The notes below the pieces were generated by a model that was given only the letters and a program-made list of their open reading frames with translations, did not search any database and had not been told where the DNA came from. From IMG/VR virus record IMGVR_UViG_3300027797_000012, positions 1 to 64,000 of that record: a DNA stretch of 64,000 nt; one strand, written 5' to 3'. Source of the DNA: a virus. Below are positions 1 through 9,851 of this stretch, one piece after another. Position 1 is the stretch's first letter. The number at the start of each line of letters is the position of its first letter. The position numbers were made by a program, and so were the translations under genes.

Positions 1-3000
1 CGCGAGATGTAATGTCTTTCTGACGATTATCATCAATAAACGCACCGCGATAGTAGGGAAGTCCGTCTCCTTCAAAAAGTCCACCGAGGAACTTGTCATG
101 AACAGAAGAATCAAAATTGTTAACGTTATCTACAGAGATAAATCCATCTGGTGTTGTTGCACCAGTATCAAGGTAGTGGTATGTGCCATCTGGATAACGA
201 ACAGTTAGATTCTGTCCATCACCATCTGTGAAGACAACTTCCGCATTCTTAGGAACTGAAGGATTCAGTTCTGACGCATCAATGTTCTGCTTATTTAAGT
301 ATTCGGATAGATTTTCTCCAGCTGCTCCGTCAAATATTGCTGCGTAGCGCTCCTGTGGGTTTTTCTTTGAGTCTAGCGCAGTTGCCTTTGCGGTATCGTA
401 AGAGAAACTACTAGACTTGTTATCATCGCCGACGAAAGGTCTAAGAGCACTCTTTAAAGCAGGAGCCCAGTCTTCTTGCTTGCTTGGGTCATTCCATGTA
501 ATTGTTCCATCAGGAGAGATAGTTCCAAGAGGATCCATTTCTTCATCGTCATCAATCATGAACGTGACGTCTTTTGACCGAGCGCCATCGCTTGCTCCAA
601 CAAGCTCATGGTAGAAGAGCAGGCCAGACTTAAAGTAGCCGCCCTTGCTCTCTTCAGCGATCTTGTTCTTAAGACTATTAAATGCTTCTTTAGATATAGA
701 GTTTTCTGGACCTGAAGGAGGCTCGTCTGAGCCGCCAGCACCACCTTCGCCTTCAGTTGCTTTACCTGGTTTACGCTCAGACGTCATCTGCTGAGGCTCG
801 TTGTCGAGAATTGCATTGATTTCTTCTACAGATACGCCATTTCGTCGAGCAAGAATCTCTGGAGTCCACCTAGGGTTATCTATCATTTGCTGACGCATTA
901 CTTCTGCAGTCGGAAGTACTGCTTCTTTGCCTGGAAGCCTGTCGCCACCATTTAGTTTTTCAAGTACACTTTGAATACTCCAAGGACTTGTAGTCTCAAA
1001 AGAACCAAGGTTGTAGTACGCTTTGCGCCATACCTTTGCGTCTGGGTCCCACTTTAAACCCGCGTCTTTTATAGCTTGTCTAGAGTCAAAAGTTCTCCCA
1101 CTAAGTTCTAAGTGGAAAACATCAGGAAGTACTTCTCTTTCGCCACGCCATGTAATTGCCGCATCTTTTCTGTAGATATCGTACTTAATTCCGTTATCTA
1201 AAGTACCTGTAATTCTTGTGTCTGTATTCTTAGTTTCTTGTAGCGTAATGATTTGCTGAGTTACGTTACCGCTAAGCTCCTTTGGCCCACTCTTAGGTGG
1301 GTCCATAATAATTTCTTCTACAGACTTGTCATCTTTATCTGGACCGAAATCCATTGGTGGGTCCATGATGCTGTCACCGACTTCACCTTGGATCCTAGCG
1401 TAATCTTTCCGAGCGTTGTCCCACTCTTCTCTTGTTTCCTTAAGAAACTTTTCAATTCTTTTGTCTAGCTCTGTTGGAGCTGGAGGGTTTTCAATAAGAT
1501 CTCTGATCTCAGCATCAAGTTTTTTCTCTTGCTTTTTTGTTAGAGCTGGCCGTGGGTCATTACTTGCTGGAGCTCCTGGAAGTCTATTTCCATCTTTGTC
1601 AAAATACCCAGCTCTGTAGTCTGCGTCATCTGGCTCTGGACCAAATCGCGCGTAGTCAGACGGACCATCTTCGAATCCAGGTAGCTTGATATCTGTTATC
1701 TTGATCTCTTCTTCTTTACCTTCAAGAGTACGAGCGTACTCTGACTCTAGGCGTCGAACTTCTATACGAGTAAGACCGAGGTCTTCTGCAACCTTGTCGA
1801 GGGAATCTCCTGTTGCAATGCGACGTTCATAGATTTCTTTACCTAGTGACTCGCCTTCTGTGGCTTTACCTGGCTTACGCTCAGATACCATTTCTTGAGG
1901 CTCTTTGTCGAGAAGAGCTTTCCAGTTTCTTCTGCCTTCTTCATCAAACCAGATAGTTTCATCATTTTTAATATCACTGATAAACTTTTGCTTTTGTTTT
2001 TCAGTATAAGGAATGCCTTCTGGACCTTCTGTGTCATACTGCACAAGACTACCGTCTGGCATCCGAACAACAATTGCATCACCATTTTGTTCCATTGCAA
2101 CTGTTTCAGAGTCTGCTGGAACCTTAATTCCATTTTCATCACGAGTTTCGTTTTCTGTAGCTTTACCTGGCTTACGCTCAGAAGACATTGAAGGAATATT
2201 CGCGATAGGCTCAAGTTTACGACCGCGCTTTCTTTCTTCTTCTTTAATCCAATTAGGGATATCTGCTTCAACTGCATTCCACGATGGGTAGTCTTTGCCG
2301 TTTGCAGTAAGAGTACCAGCAAGATCGTATCCAGCTGTAACTACGACAGGGCTGGCGTAGTCATCTGCGATTGCCTTTTCATACTCGATGTAAGGAAGTC
2401 CTTCTTCACCAAATACTCTATCTGCGCCAATTGCTCTACGTTCGACATCTGGCATACGGCCTGGTCTAACAACGCCTTTCCAACCAGCAGGAACTTTATT
2501 TCCATTTTGGTCAATTCCGTCATCAACAAGTTTTTCAAGTCTATCAAACTCAGCGTTGTGGGCTGTTCTAGCGTCAAGGCGAGCTTTAACTGTCTGCCGT
2601 CCCCCTGCACTGTCCTGGCCTTTAACTACGTCGTAAGATTCTTCGTCGCCGGTTGCAAGACCGTTAATTTCTGCCCAGTTAGCTCCTTCTCCAACCTTAC
2701 CAGCAAGAGATCCATCTGCGTTTTGACGGAAGAGAGTGTACTCGCCATCAGTAACCTTAACTGTGTAGTTATCGTCTGATGTAAATGTATTATCGTCTAC
2801 CTTTGTCCAACCTGTAGGAGCGTCAACACGTTGACGAACGAGTTCATCTTTTGTAGGAATGTTAACTATGTTTTGATCAGCGCCTCGTGTTTGAGTGATA
2901 CCGGCTCTTTTAAGCTGCCCTGTTGTAAGGCGAGCAGAGTACGTCTGCGCATTTCCAGCTCGAATTGCGTAGATGCCATCTGGGAGATTCTTGTCTCCTG

Positions 3001-3778
3001 AAACTTGGATAAGACCTTTAGGGCGTGGATCTCCATCTGCATCCCATTTCTGTGGCGGTCTAACACCGACGTAGTTACCAGAAACTCTAGCTACAGAGCC
3101 GTCAGGCATACGGAAATTAAAGTTTACACCGCGACCCATTTCAACCCAGCGACCTTTACGGTCACGCCACTGTAAAGCTACACGAGCTCTGCGCGCTGCA
3201 GAAGAGTTGCCACTACCGAACGCAGCGGTAATCGCTTCAACGATGTCGATCTTAAAGTAGCCAGGCACAAACTTTTTTGTTACTAATAGACGAGAGAACG
3301 CGTGTTCACGTTCAATCGAACCAGGCTCAGCCGCGTGGGCACTTGCAACCAGTGAACGAACATCGTCGTTAACTGCAGAATCTGCAGATAGCCACGCTGC
3401 ATATTTTTCACGATACTCCGCTGGAGTAAGAGAAGCGTTCAACGCTGAAAGAGGGTGACCCTGGGCAAGTAGATCTCTATGCTTTGTGTTATTAGCGTTA
3501 AATGTTTTTGTTGCTGTAGAGATAAAGATAGCTACCTCGCGTAGAGCTCCTGCCTCACGAGATTCAACGCTGAGTGAGCTTAGCGATGCCAGCGCGCGGT
3601 CCATTACTGTAAGCGCAGCGCGTGGTGTAACACGACGCTCTTCACGAACGTTGGCATTAGACTCTTGTACTAGCGCAAGTACTTTCTCACGCAACGAGGA
3701 GTACACGGCTGCCTTCTTTGGAGAGGCGGCCTTACGGTTTTCACCGCGCTGGATCTTCTTATTTAACGGAGATTCCAC
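1..3778 (-). CDS. Giant (>1259 aa) modular head-associated/internal virion protein; 3' end beyond the window
   Basis: Not in the ORF track because there is no stop in the window. GTG at 3778 overlaps the upstream TAG (TAGTG); frame reads open to position 2 (MESPLNKK...QKDITSR). Contains LQWRDRKGRWVEMG, two HTH-like segments, a KxxGxKWDxxxKxW motif and three SERKPGKATE repeats. Lies downstream of the portal. Confidence 0.8.
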   Translation of the reverse strand, partial: MESPLNKKIQRGENRKAASPKKAAVYSSLREKVLALVQESNANVREERRVTPRAALTVMDRALASLSSLSVESREAGALREVAIFISTATKTFNANNTKHRDLLAQGHPLSALNASLTPAEYREKYAAWLSADSAVNDDVRSLVASAHAAEPGSIEREHAFSRLLVTKKFVPGYFKIDIVEAITAAFGSGNSSAARRARVALQWRDRKGRWVEMGRGVNFNFRMPDGSVARVSGNYVGVRPPQKWDADGDPRPKGLIQVSGDKNLPDGIYAIRAGNAQTYSARLTTGQLKRAGITQTRGADQNIVNIPTKDELVRQRVDAPTGWTKVDDNTFTSDDNYTVKVTDGEYTLFRQNADGSLAGKVGEGANWAEINGLATGDEESYDVVKGQDSAGGRQTVKARLDARTAHNAEFDRLEKLVDDGIDQNGNKVPAGWKGVVRPGRMPDVERRAIGADRVFGEEGLPYIEYEKAIADDYASPVVVTAGYDLAGTLTANGKDYPSWNAVEADIPNWIKEEERKRGRKLEPIANIPSMSSERKPGKATENETRDENGIKVPADSETVAMEQNGDAIVVRMPDGSLVQYDTEGPEGIPYTEKQKQKFISDIKNDETIWFDEEGRRNWKALLDKEPQEMVSERKPGKATEGESLGKEIYERRIATGDSLDKVAEDLGLTRIEVRRLESEYARTLEGKEEEIKITDIKLPGFEDGPSDYARFGPEPDDADYRAGYFDKDGNRLPGAPASNDPRPALTKKQEKKLDAEIRDLIENPPAPTELDKRIEKFLKETREEWDNARKDYARIQGEVGDSIMDPPMDFGPDKDDKSVEEIIMDPPKSGPKELSGNVTQQIITLQETKNTDTRITGTLDNGIKYDIYRKDAAITWRGEREVLPDVFHLELSGRTFDSRQAIKDAGLKWDPDAKVWRKAYYNLGSFETTSPWSIQSVLEKLNGGDRLPGKEAVLPTAEVMRQQMIDNPRWTPEILARRNGVSVEEINAILDNEPQQMTSERKPGKATEGEGGAGGSDEPPSGPENSISKEAFNSLKNKIAEESKGGYFKSGLLFYHELVGASDGARSKDVTFMIDDDEEMDPLGTISPDGTITWNDPSKQEDWAPALKSALRPFVGDDNKSSSFSYDTAKATALDSKKNPQERYAAIFDGAAGENLSEYLNKQNIDASELNPSVPKNAEVVFTDGDGQNLTVRYPDGTYHYLDTGATTPDGFISVDNVNNFDSSVHDKFLGGLFEGDGLPYYRGAFIDDNRQKDITSR

Positions 3779-5202
3779 TATGCTTTTTCCGATCTACGCT
3801 TCTTTGGTAACAGGTCTGAGTCTTTACTATCGTATAACTTTGTTGCAAGTGTGTAAGCTCTTTCAAACGGTACGTCTCCGTCACGAACGCCACGCAACCA
3901 TGCACCGCGAAGTGCTGGAATGATGTCGTAGCTAAGACCGGAGTATTCTGCCATAGAGTATATAGCATGCTCCGGTGAGCCGTACTCCTGGGCGCTCTTA
4001 AGTGCAACCTGCAGTAATTCATGCTGGATCACGGCTGCTTCTCCGCGAGATGACTTAGGGTGAGCCTTAGGAAGTAGATCATTGTCCTGCTTGTAATTTG
4101 GATTTGCAGGAGAGCCAGATTTAAGAAGCTTAAGGAAAGCGTTAACGCGAGCCATGGCCCATTGGTCACGAGTCTTACCTGGTCGATGACTAGATGAGAA
4201 CGCGCCTGAACCTCTGCGGTAGACAGCCTTCAACATTGCAAGTGTTGCCTTACGTCCAGGCCTTGCGTTCTTGTTGTGCTCTGTCACCTTGTTAGAAAGT
4301 GCTTTTTCTGTCTTTGCAGAGAAAACAATTTTCTTAGACCCAGCAGCGCTACCTGGCTTGTTTTTCTTTGAGCCGTAGATGCGATCTTTCTTTGGAGCTT
4401 TGCGGGAACTTGCTGCGGTAATAGGTCCGCCGGTTGCCCACGCGTTACATGTACGAGATGCAGCGCACTTGAAGTCTAGCGCTTCGCAGTATCCAAGCTC
4501 TGCCTGGCCAATTGCTGCGTCAGCATCTACCGCGCTTGAGTCACCCTGCTCTAATCCAGACGCAATGCAGTCAAGCATCTTTGGAGTACGAATAAAAAAT
4601 ACGCAGTTACCACAAACGGCGGTCTTTGCTTCCTCGGCAGTTGTTTTCCACTTGTCAGCTTTTTCTTGCCAAAATTCTTCGTTAGGCTCGTTTGGATTCA
4701 ACGGGCCGTAACCAACGTTGTCAATTGCGTTTTGACGATTCTTTAAGTTAAGTTCAATGTCCTGTGTTGCAACAGGGCATGAATCATCATTTGATTCCGC
4801 GGCAGCAACGATCTGGCTGTCTTCAACCTTAACTATTCCGTCAGGGATAACCGCAAAGCGACACTTGCCGTCGTCTTCAATTGTTTGTTTAATAATCTTG
4901 CAAACACCAGGACCTTCGTAGAGTACACAGTTGATGCACTTAACACCAATTTCTTTATACTCATTTTCAGCCGCAGGAGTGTATCCTGCCCAAATGCCTG
5001 TTTTGTCCTCGTTAAACTTTCCGTGCTTCTTTGCGATCTCTAGGAGAGCTGCAGCAAGGTCCTGCTCTTCAGCAACTATAATCCCTGCTGCCACAACTGC
5101 CTCAGCCTGCTTCTCTTTCTCGAGGTAAAGACCGACGGCGACGTTAGCGACGTTAGCAAGGGCGTTAACAAGATCTGTCTTGTCAACCTTTGGTTGCTCC
5201 AT
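3778..5202 (-). CDS. Head-module protein with two HiPIP-like Cys4 domains and a DUF5824-like domain
   Basis: CINCVLY..C..I...GKC and CGNCVFF...GYC...KC...TCNAW; KAVYRRGSGAFSSSHRPG...WAMARVNAF; immediately after portal. Confidence 0.6.
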   Translation of the reverse strand: MEQPKVDKTDLVNALANVANVAVGLYLEKEKQAEAVVAAGIIVAEEQDLAAALLEIAKKHGKFNEDKTGIWAGYTPAAENEYKEIGVKCINCVLYEGPGVCKIIKQTIEDDGKCRFAVIPDGIVKVEDSQIVAAAESNDDSCPVATQDIELNLKNRQNAIDNVGYGPLNPNEPNEEFWQEKADKWKTTAEEAKTAVCGNCVFFIRTPKMLDCIASGLEQGDSSAVDADAAIGQAELGYCEALDFKCAASRTCNAWATGGPITAASSRKAPKKDRIYGSKKNKPGSAAGSKKIVFSAKTEKALSNKVTEHNKNARPGRKATLAMLKAVYRRGSGAFSSSHRPGKTRDQWAMARVNAFLKLLKSGSPANPNYKQDNDLLPKAHPKSSRGEAAVIQHELLQVALKSAQEYGSPEHAIYSMAEYSGLSYDIIPALRGAWLRGVRDGDVPFERAYTLATKLYDSKDSDLLPKKRRSEKA

Positions 5203-5207
5203 TTTAC

Positions 5208-6926
5208 TTAGATGCCTTCCCGTAGAGCTGGTGGTAATTCTTCTGTTGGTGCTTCTTCTGTTGGTGCTTCTTCTGTTGGAGGGTTTGCCTGCGAGAGAAG
5301 CTGATCAATCTCTGGTGGAACCGGAGCAACGGAGTCTGCCTGCTGCGCTTGGCGAACGCTCTCCATAACCTCAGGTGCGATAGCTCCAAGCATTGCCTGT
5401 GTAAGCTCTGGAGATATAGATCCCTTTTCAACGAGCAAGCGAATTGCAATTTCTTTTGCGTCAGGGGCGTCAGAAGCCGAGAAACCGTGAGCGCGTCTCC
5501 ATGTGTCATAGGAAACAGCCATATTTGCAAAGCCGTCATCAGCATCCTTAGCACGGTCGTTACGTGTAGCAACCTGTGAAGGGTCGTACCAAACAACGAT
5601 GCGCTTAGCATCCTCTGCGGAGTAGCCTGATGCGATGAGCGCTGGTCGTAGGTATACAACAGTGAGTGCATCTGCAATCAAAAGCATCAACGGTTCGATG
5701 TGTGCCTTATATAAGGCTTCGTCAATTTGAAGGGCATTGGAATACTTAACGTTTGCTAGACCGGTAACAATATCCTTAGGGACGTCAAGTCCCTGGAGGA
5801 TACGCTCGAGTACGCGATCTGACCGCTCTGCAAGTGCAGGGTCAAACGAACGTTCAAACTTAAACTGCTTAATTTTGTCGCCAAGCTCTGCTGGTCCACG
5901 AATAATAAGTGGTACGACAGCGCTTGCGGAGTCTTCATCGCGAATCGGAGTCGTCATCGCATCCATGAGTTGATCTTCAAACTCGTCTGCTGCCTCCTCG
6001 GCAGTCATACCTGGATTAAGATTGTTCTCATCATCATATGGATAGTCTGGATCTGGAGACGCGGCAACAGATAGACCGTCTGGTAAGTATAAGGCTCCTG
6101 CGTTTAAGCGCGAGCGCGCAGTTGCACGGAACGTACGGTTGAGCAAAAGTAGTTCAGCGCAAAGATCTAATAGACCGCGGATACTTGAATCTGCTTCTTC
6201 AGAGTAGCGTGGGTGAGCTCTCCAGATGCGTCCAACAAAAGCTGAGTTAGGGAGCTTAAGCTCTCCAACGTTTCCGGAGTTACTTCCGCGCGCCATATCG
6301 CGGCGAGGCACAATGACGTATGAGTTTTTAGCGTCAACTTGCAATTCATCTGTTGAGCGAATATCCCAGGACTCTGCAATTCCGCTTCCTACTCGCTCTG
6401 GAGACTGAATAAGATAGCACTCGCCTGTAACGGATAAGTTTAACGCCGCGTCCTTTAATAGACCAGCTTGCCCGCCGTACGCGGAGTCTAGGCGTCCTAA
6501 AATGCGTTCTGCTGCTGCCGCAAGTCGTTCGTCGATAACATCAGAGTTACGAACAGGGATAGGGCTCTCTGCAGGATTGTCAACTACAGCAGCGTATAAA
6601 CGAATACGCGAAACAACTGAAGCGACTAAGTTAAAGGCGTATTTAATTTCACCGATAGCGTCATAGTACTCCCAAGCTTCACTCTGCCAGTCACTTGACT
6701 TGCCGCCACGGCGTTGCTTGAAGCGTTCAACCTCGCCCTTATCGTTAAGGGGCATCTGCATTGCCGCGGCTGTAAGAGCACGAGGAGCAGAGTAAGGAGC
6801 GGACTGTGCGTAGTTAGGGTTAGACGTAATGTTGATAGAACTCTGCGGAACGACACGAGAAGGTTTAGTTTGTGCGCGGCGTTGAGCGCGCGATGGCTTT
6901 TTATCGTTGCTACTAAAGACTGCCAC
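5208..6926 (-). CDS. Portal protein
   Basis: 572 aa; RALTAA..., WQSEAWEYYDAIGEIKYA, GRIWRAHP, AVVPLII motifs recalled from cluster-B-like actinophage portals; near TerL and DUF1360. Confidence 0.8.
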   Translation of the reverse strand: MAVFSSNDKKPSRAQRRAQTKPSRVVPQSSINITSNPNYAQSAPYSAPRALTAAAMQMPLNDKGEVERFKQRRGGKSSDWQSEAWEYYDAIGEIKYAFNLVASVVSRIRLYAAVVDNPAESPIPVRNSDVIDERLAAAAERILGRLDSAYGGQAGLLKDAALNLSVTGECYLIQSPERVGSGIAESWDIRSTDELQVDAKNSYVIVPRRDMARGSNSGNVGELKLPNSAFVGRIWRAHPRYSEEADSSIRGLLDLCAELLLLNRTFRATARSRLNAGALYLPDGLSVAASPDPDYPYDDENNLNPGMTAEEAADEFEDQLMDAMTTPIRDEDSASAVVPLIIRGPAELGDKIKQFKFERSFDPALAERSDRVLERILQGLDVPKDIVTGLANVKYSNALQIDEALYKAHIEPLMLLIADALTVVYLRPALIASGYSAEDAKRIVVWYDPSQVATRNDRAKDADDGFANMAVSYDTWRRAHGFSASDAPDAKEIAIRLLVEKGSISPELTQAMLGAIAPEVMESVRQAQQADSVAPVPPEIDQLLSQANPPTEEAPTEEAPTEELPPALREGI

Positions 6927-6966
6927 TACTTATTACTCCTCGTCATTGTCGTAACGGAACGCCAGA

Positions 6967-7305
6967 TCATTCTTGATCTATACGCGCGGTTATTAGTCCA
7001 ACTAAACCGGACAGGGCAAATATACACCCTACTAGGAAAGTGATACTTGGAAAAGCGGCATAAAAAATCACAACTGGGAGCGCAACCCATAACGAGACGC
7101 ACCAGTGACATGTAAAGAAGAAGCCCAGGTAGCTATCCTCGGGAGACTTCTTGGACCAGATAAGTTCACGTACAGGCGAGAATATCTCGTCGTAAACAAG
7201 CGCCCGTGTAACGCGGAAAACAAAGAATACTAGAACGATGAAGTGTAGTGCTGAGATACTGCTGAGGCTTATTATACTCGTTGGCAAGTTGCTTATGGTT
7301 GTCAT
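6967..7305 (-). CDS. DUF1360-family membrane protein
   Basis: FRVTRALVYDEIF..R, CHWCVSLW; usual position upstream of portal; start moved to ATG 7305. Confidence 0.7.
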   Translation of the reverse strand: MTTISNLPTSIISLSSISALHFIVLVFFVFRVTRALVYDEIFSPVRELIWSKKSPEDSYLGFFFTCHWCVSLWVALPVVIFYAAFPSITFLVGCIFALSGLVGLITARIDQE

Positions 7306-7691
7306 GTTATCTCTTCTTTCATTGTTTGGTAGGGGCTCCAGGAGCGGAGCCGTGAACCGCAGTCGCAACCGCGGACGTACTTAAAGGCGATAACCTTTCC
7401 GGACTCGGTGATGAGCTGAGAATCTTTTCTTTTGTTTCCAGACCAGTTCAGCGTGCTTATAACTTCCCTAAAGACCAGGCGTGGTCCTTCAGGATGATCC
7501 GCGGCAACAAGAACTACCTGGGTAGCGGGGGTTTGGGAATCTTCCATAACTACAAGGCGTACTCGTGTGAAACTGCGAGCGCCAGTTGGATTAGTAAGAG
7601 AGGAAGAAGTAGAAGCTAAGGTAAAATCCTGAAATACATCAGGGGATGCAACTAGGATAGAAGCAGGGAAGATGTCATGGGTGATCTTCAT
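7302..7691 (-). CDS. Hypothetical protein (C-terminal CDCGSRL)
   Basis: Overlaps neighbours by ATGA. Confidence 0.65.
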   Translation of the reverse strand: MKITHDIFPASILVASPDVFQDFTLASTSSSLTNPTGARSFTRVRLVVMEDSQTPATQVVLVAADHPEGPRLVFREVISTLNWSGNKRKDSQLITESGKVIAFKYVRGCDCGSRLRSWSPYQTMKEEIT

Positions 7692-8185
7692 TGGGAAGCC
7701 TTGTCCACGCGACGTTTCATCGCCCGGTAGGTTACGCCGGACGCACGGGCAAGCTCAGACACGGTAACGCCCTTGCTGTACAGAACACCAGCGATACTCG
7801 TAAGCTCGACATTCGCGGTGAAAGAAGAGGACGAAGGAGCTGTGCGGGCGCGATAGCGTCGCGCTAGCGGTGACAGTCTCGCGATGCGCAACTGCTCGTC
7901 TAGCGGGATCCCAGGTGATGGCACACGCTTGCGTCGTGACTTTACTTTTTTAACGGGAGGCTTCGGGATAGGGAAACCTGCGGTGATAACTTCGCGCTCG
8001 GGTAACTCTTTCACAACCCAGGAACGAATGGTACTACGCCGCTTCTCAGGGATGAATCCATTAGCTATGGATTGTAACGACCAACCTGCTTCGTTTAACT
8101 CCTGAACACGGCGCCAGAGTTGCTCCTTGTGCAGGGTGGCGAGAAGTTCTTTCTCCGCCTGCGGAAGTTCTTGCGCCTTAGCCAT
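7688..8185 (-). CDS. HTH DNA-binding protein
   Basis: GWSLQSIA and GVTVSELARASGVTYRAMKRRV; paralogous to 18029-18607 and 39799-40305. Confidence 0.65.
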   Translation of the reverse strand: MAKAQELPQAEKELLATLHKEQLWRRVQELNEAGWSLQSIANGFIPEKRRSTIRSWVVKELPEREVITAGFPIPKPPVKKVKSRRKRVPSPGIPLDEQLRIARLSPLARRYRARTAPSSSSFTANVELTSIAGVLYSKGVTVSELARASGVTYRAMKRRVDKASQ

Positions 8186-8339
8186 GTGAATACAGTATCA
8201 TCTTTCTGCGAAGACGTGTACACTTTTGCGGTCATAAGATGATGTACAAAACTAGCAGAAGCAGTACCTTTTGGTTAAATGGCTTGGACGTGAGAAATGG
8301 GTATGCTATGAAATCGGCGCTTCCAAAAACGTCTCCAAC

Positions 8340-8596
8340 AATAAAAAATGTCTACGGGTATCGGTTGTTAGAAATAAAAAAATATTAGCAATAGTTATTA
8401 TAAAAAATAATAATTTATTTTTTGGCAGGTAGAATATTGTTTAGTATATTAGTTACAATGATTATAGATATAAGTATACCTATGAGCTATCTATAAGATA
8501 CTTATAAACTACTAATAAATAAAATATACATATAGTAGATATAAAAAATAAACCCTGTGCAAGTAAATGCACAGGGCTTATTTGTTTAGATAATAA
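8340..8596. other. Extremely AT-rich non-coding tract
   Basis: About 250 bp of mostly A/T with no ORF, far from the surrounding composition. Confidence 0.6.
8543..8583 (-). terminator. Intrinsic terminator
   Basis: CCCTGTGC-loop-GCACAGGG stem followed by T-tract on minus strand. Confidence 0.7.
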
Positions 8597-9049
8597 TTAA
8601 ACTATTGGAACTACATTCATGTCGCCTTTAAAGATAGCAAGGAACGTGGCTTCATCAACAGTGCCATTAGGCTCTAGTCCTTCAAGCTTTTGGAACTTCT
8701 CAATGGCTGTCTTAGTCTCATCGCCTAACCAACCATCCTTGTCTGTCATGGCCTCGTTGTAGCCTAGCTCTGCTAGACGACGTTGTAGGTGATGTACAGT
8801 TAAAGATTTACGTGCTGCTGTATTCTTATACACACAGTTAGCTAGGTAAACTTCGTCAGTGTCAGCGCCACTTACCGCAGCCTTAGGAGCTGAAGGAATT
8901 GGCGTTTCAACAACCACCGCAGGGATATCGACTACAGGAGTTTCTATCTCTGCTTCAATAATGATTTCCTCATGTACAGGTGCCTCTTCAGCATGCCCCG
9001 CAAATGAATCATCTTCGTGTTGGTCAATGTTAGTAATGTCTTTGCTCAT
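8597..9049 (-). CDS. Peptidoglycan-binding domain protein (no catalytic domain)
   Basis: LQRRLAELGY...DGWLGDETKTAIEKFQ...GL..NGTVD; acidic N-terminus. Confidence 0.75.
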   Translation of the reverse strand: MSKDITNIDQHEDDSFAGHAEEAPVHEEIIIEAEIETPVVDIPAVVVETPIPSAPKAAVSGADTDEVYLANCVYKNTAARKSLTVHHLQRRLAELGYNEAMTDKDGWLGDETKTAIEKFQKLEGLEPNGTVDEATFLAIFKGDMNVVPIV

Positions 9050-9075
9050 AGGTACACTATAATCCTTAGACAGAA

Positions 9076-9642
9076 CTACGACTTTGACGATGGGAACTTA
9101 GGGAGCCACTTTGTTAGGGAAGGCTCCGCAGGGTCACCATCGTAAGCATTAGGACCTAAACCCCATGAACCCCAATCAGTTCCCTGGGCTGTCATGTAGT
9201 AGGCTGCCTTAGCATTAGTCACTGGGTCTAGCAACGCGGCATCACTGATGATGCCAAACTTTGCACGACGATCAGAGCCTAATGAACCAATCATATTGAT
9301 TTGGAATAGCCCGTATGAGTTATCTCCAGTACTGGCTGTTTTATTGTGGGACGTAGGGTGCCCACGAGATTCTTTCATGACAGTAGCCCAGGCAAGTTTA
9401 AGTGCCTTACCTTCGAAGCCTACCGCTTGCAAAAGTTCAACTAACTCTGCGTCAGTTAACACCTTTGCATCTTTGTACTTAACCAATGGGTCGGTGATTA
9501 CCGCAACTACTGGTTGTGCCTTTGTTACGGTATCATCAGCCTTGCTTGATGAAGCCATAATGATTGAGAATGTGCCGATTGTTAGTGCCAAAATATAGGC
9601 CGCTGTCGACATTGCTAATCCACGTAGTGTGAGTTTTTGCAA
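9076..9642 (-). CDS. Secreted/membrane lysozyme-like lytic transglycosylase
   Basis: N-terminal hydrophobic segment; KESRG...DNSYGLFQIN...LLDPVTNAKAA...W; AGGAGG SD with TTG start. Confidence 0.8.
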   Translation of the reverse strand: MQKLTLRGLAMSTAAYILALTIGTFSIIMASSSKADDTVTKAQPVVAVITDPLVKYKDAKVLTDAELVELLQAVGFEGKALKLAWATVMKESRGHPTSHNKTASTGDNSYGLFQINMIGSLGSDRRAKFGIISDAALLDPVTNAKAAYYMTAQGTDWGSWGLGPNAYDGDPAEPSLTKWLPKFPSSKS

Positions 9643-9830
9643 CGCTAGTTCGCCTCCTTAGGTCGGGGATGGGACAACCCATTGAAGTTCCAATGAGCTT
9701 CTTGCTACCGCTATGCTTCTCAAGCTTACGCTTGTCCTCTACCGCTTGCATAGGGCCGGAGATAAGAAGGGATAACATTGTTAGTCCTTTCGTCTCTCCG
9801 TAGTAGGCTGTTTGCCTGTAGTTAACTATA
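9643..9830 (-). promoter_or_regulatory. Promoter plus about 180-nt structured 5' leader of the transglycosylase
   Basis: TG-T-TATAGT -10 near 9825; stems CGGAGA/TCTCCG, CTATGC/GCATAG, CAAGC-GTAA-GCTTG. Confidence 0.5.
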
Positions 9831-9851
9831 ACACAACAAGTAACCTAAAGG

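Noticed and set aside
417-3923. Short track ORFs within the first 3.9 kb
   Set aside because: Shadows or alternative frames of the giant minus-strand ORF.
9643-9825. c-di-AMP (ydaO) riboswitch
   Set aside because: Lacks the GAAUC and CCGUCAGCUAA-type consensus elements.
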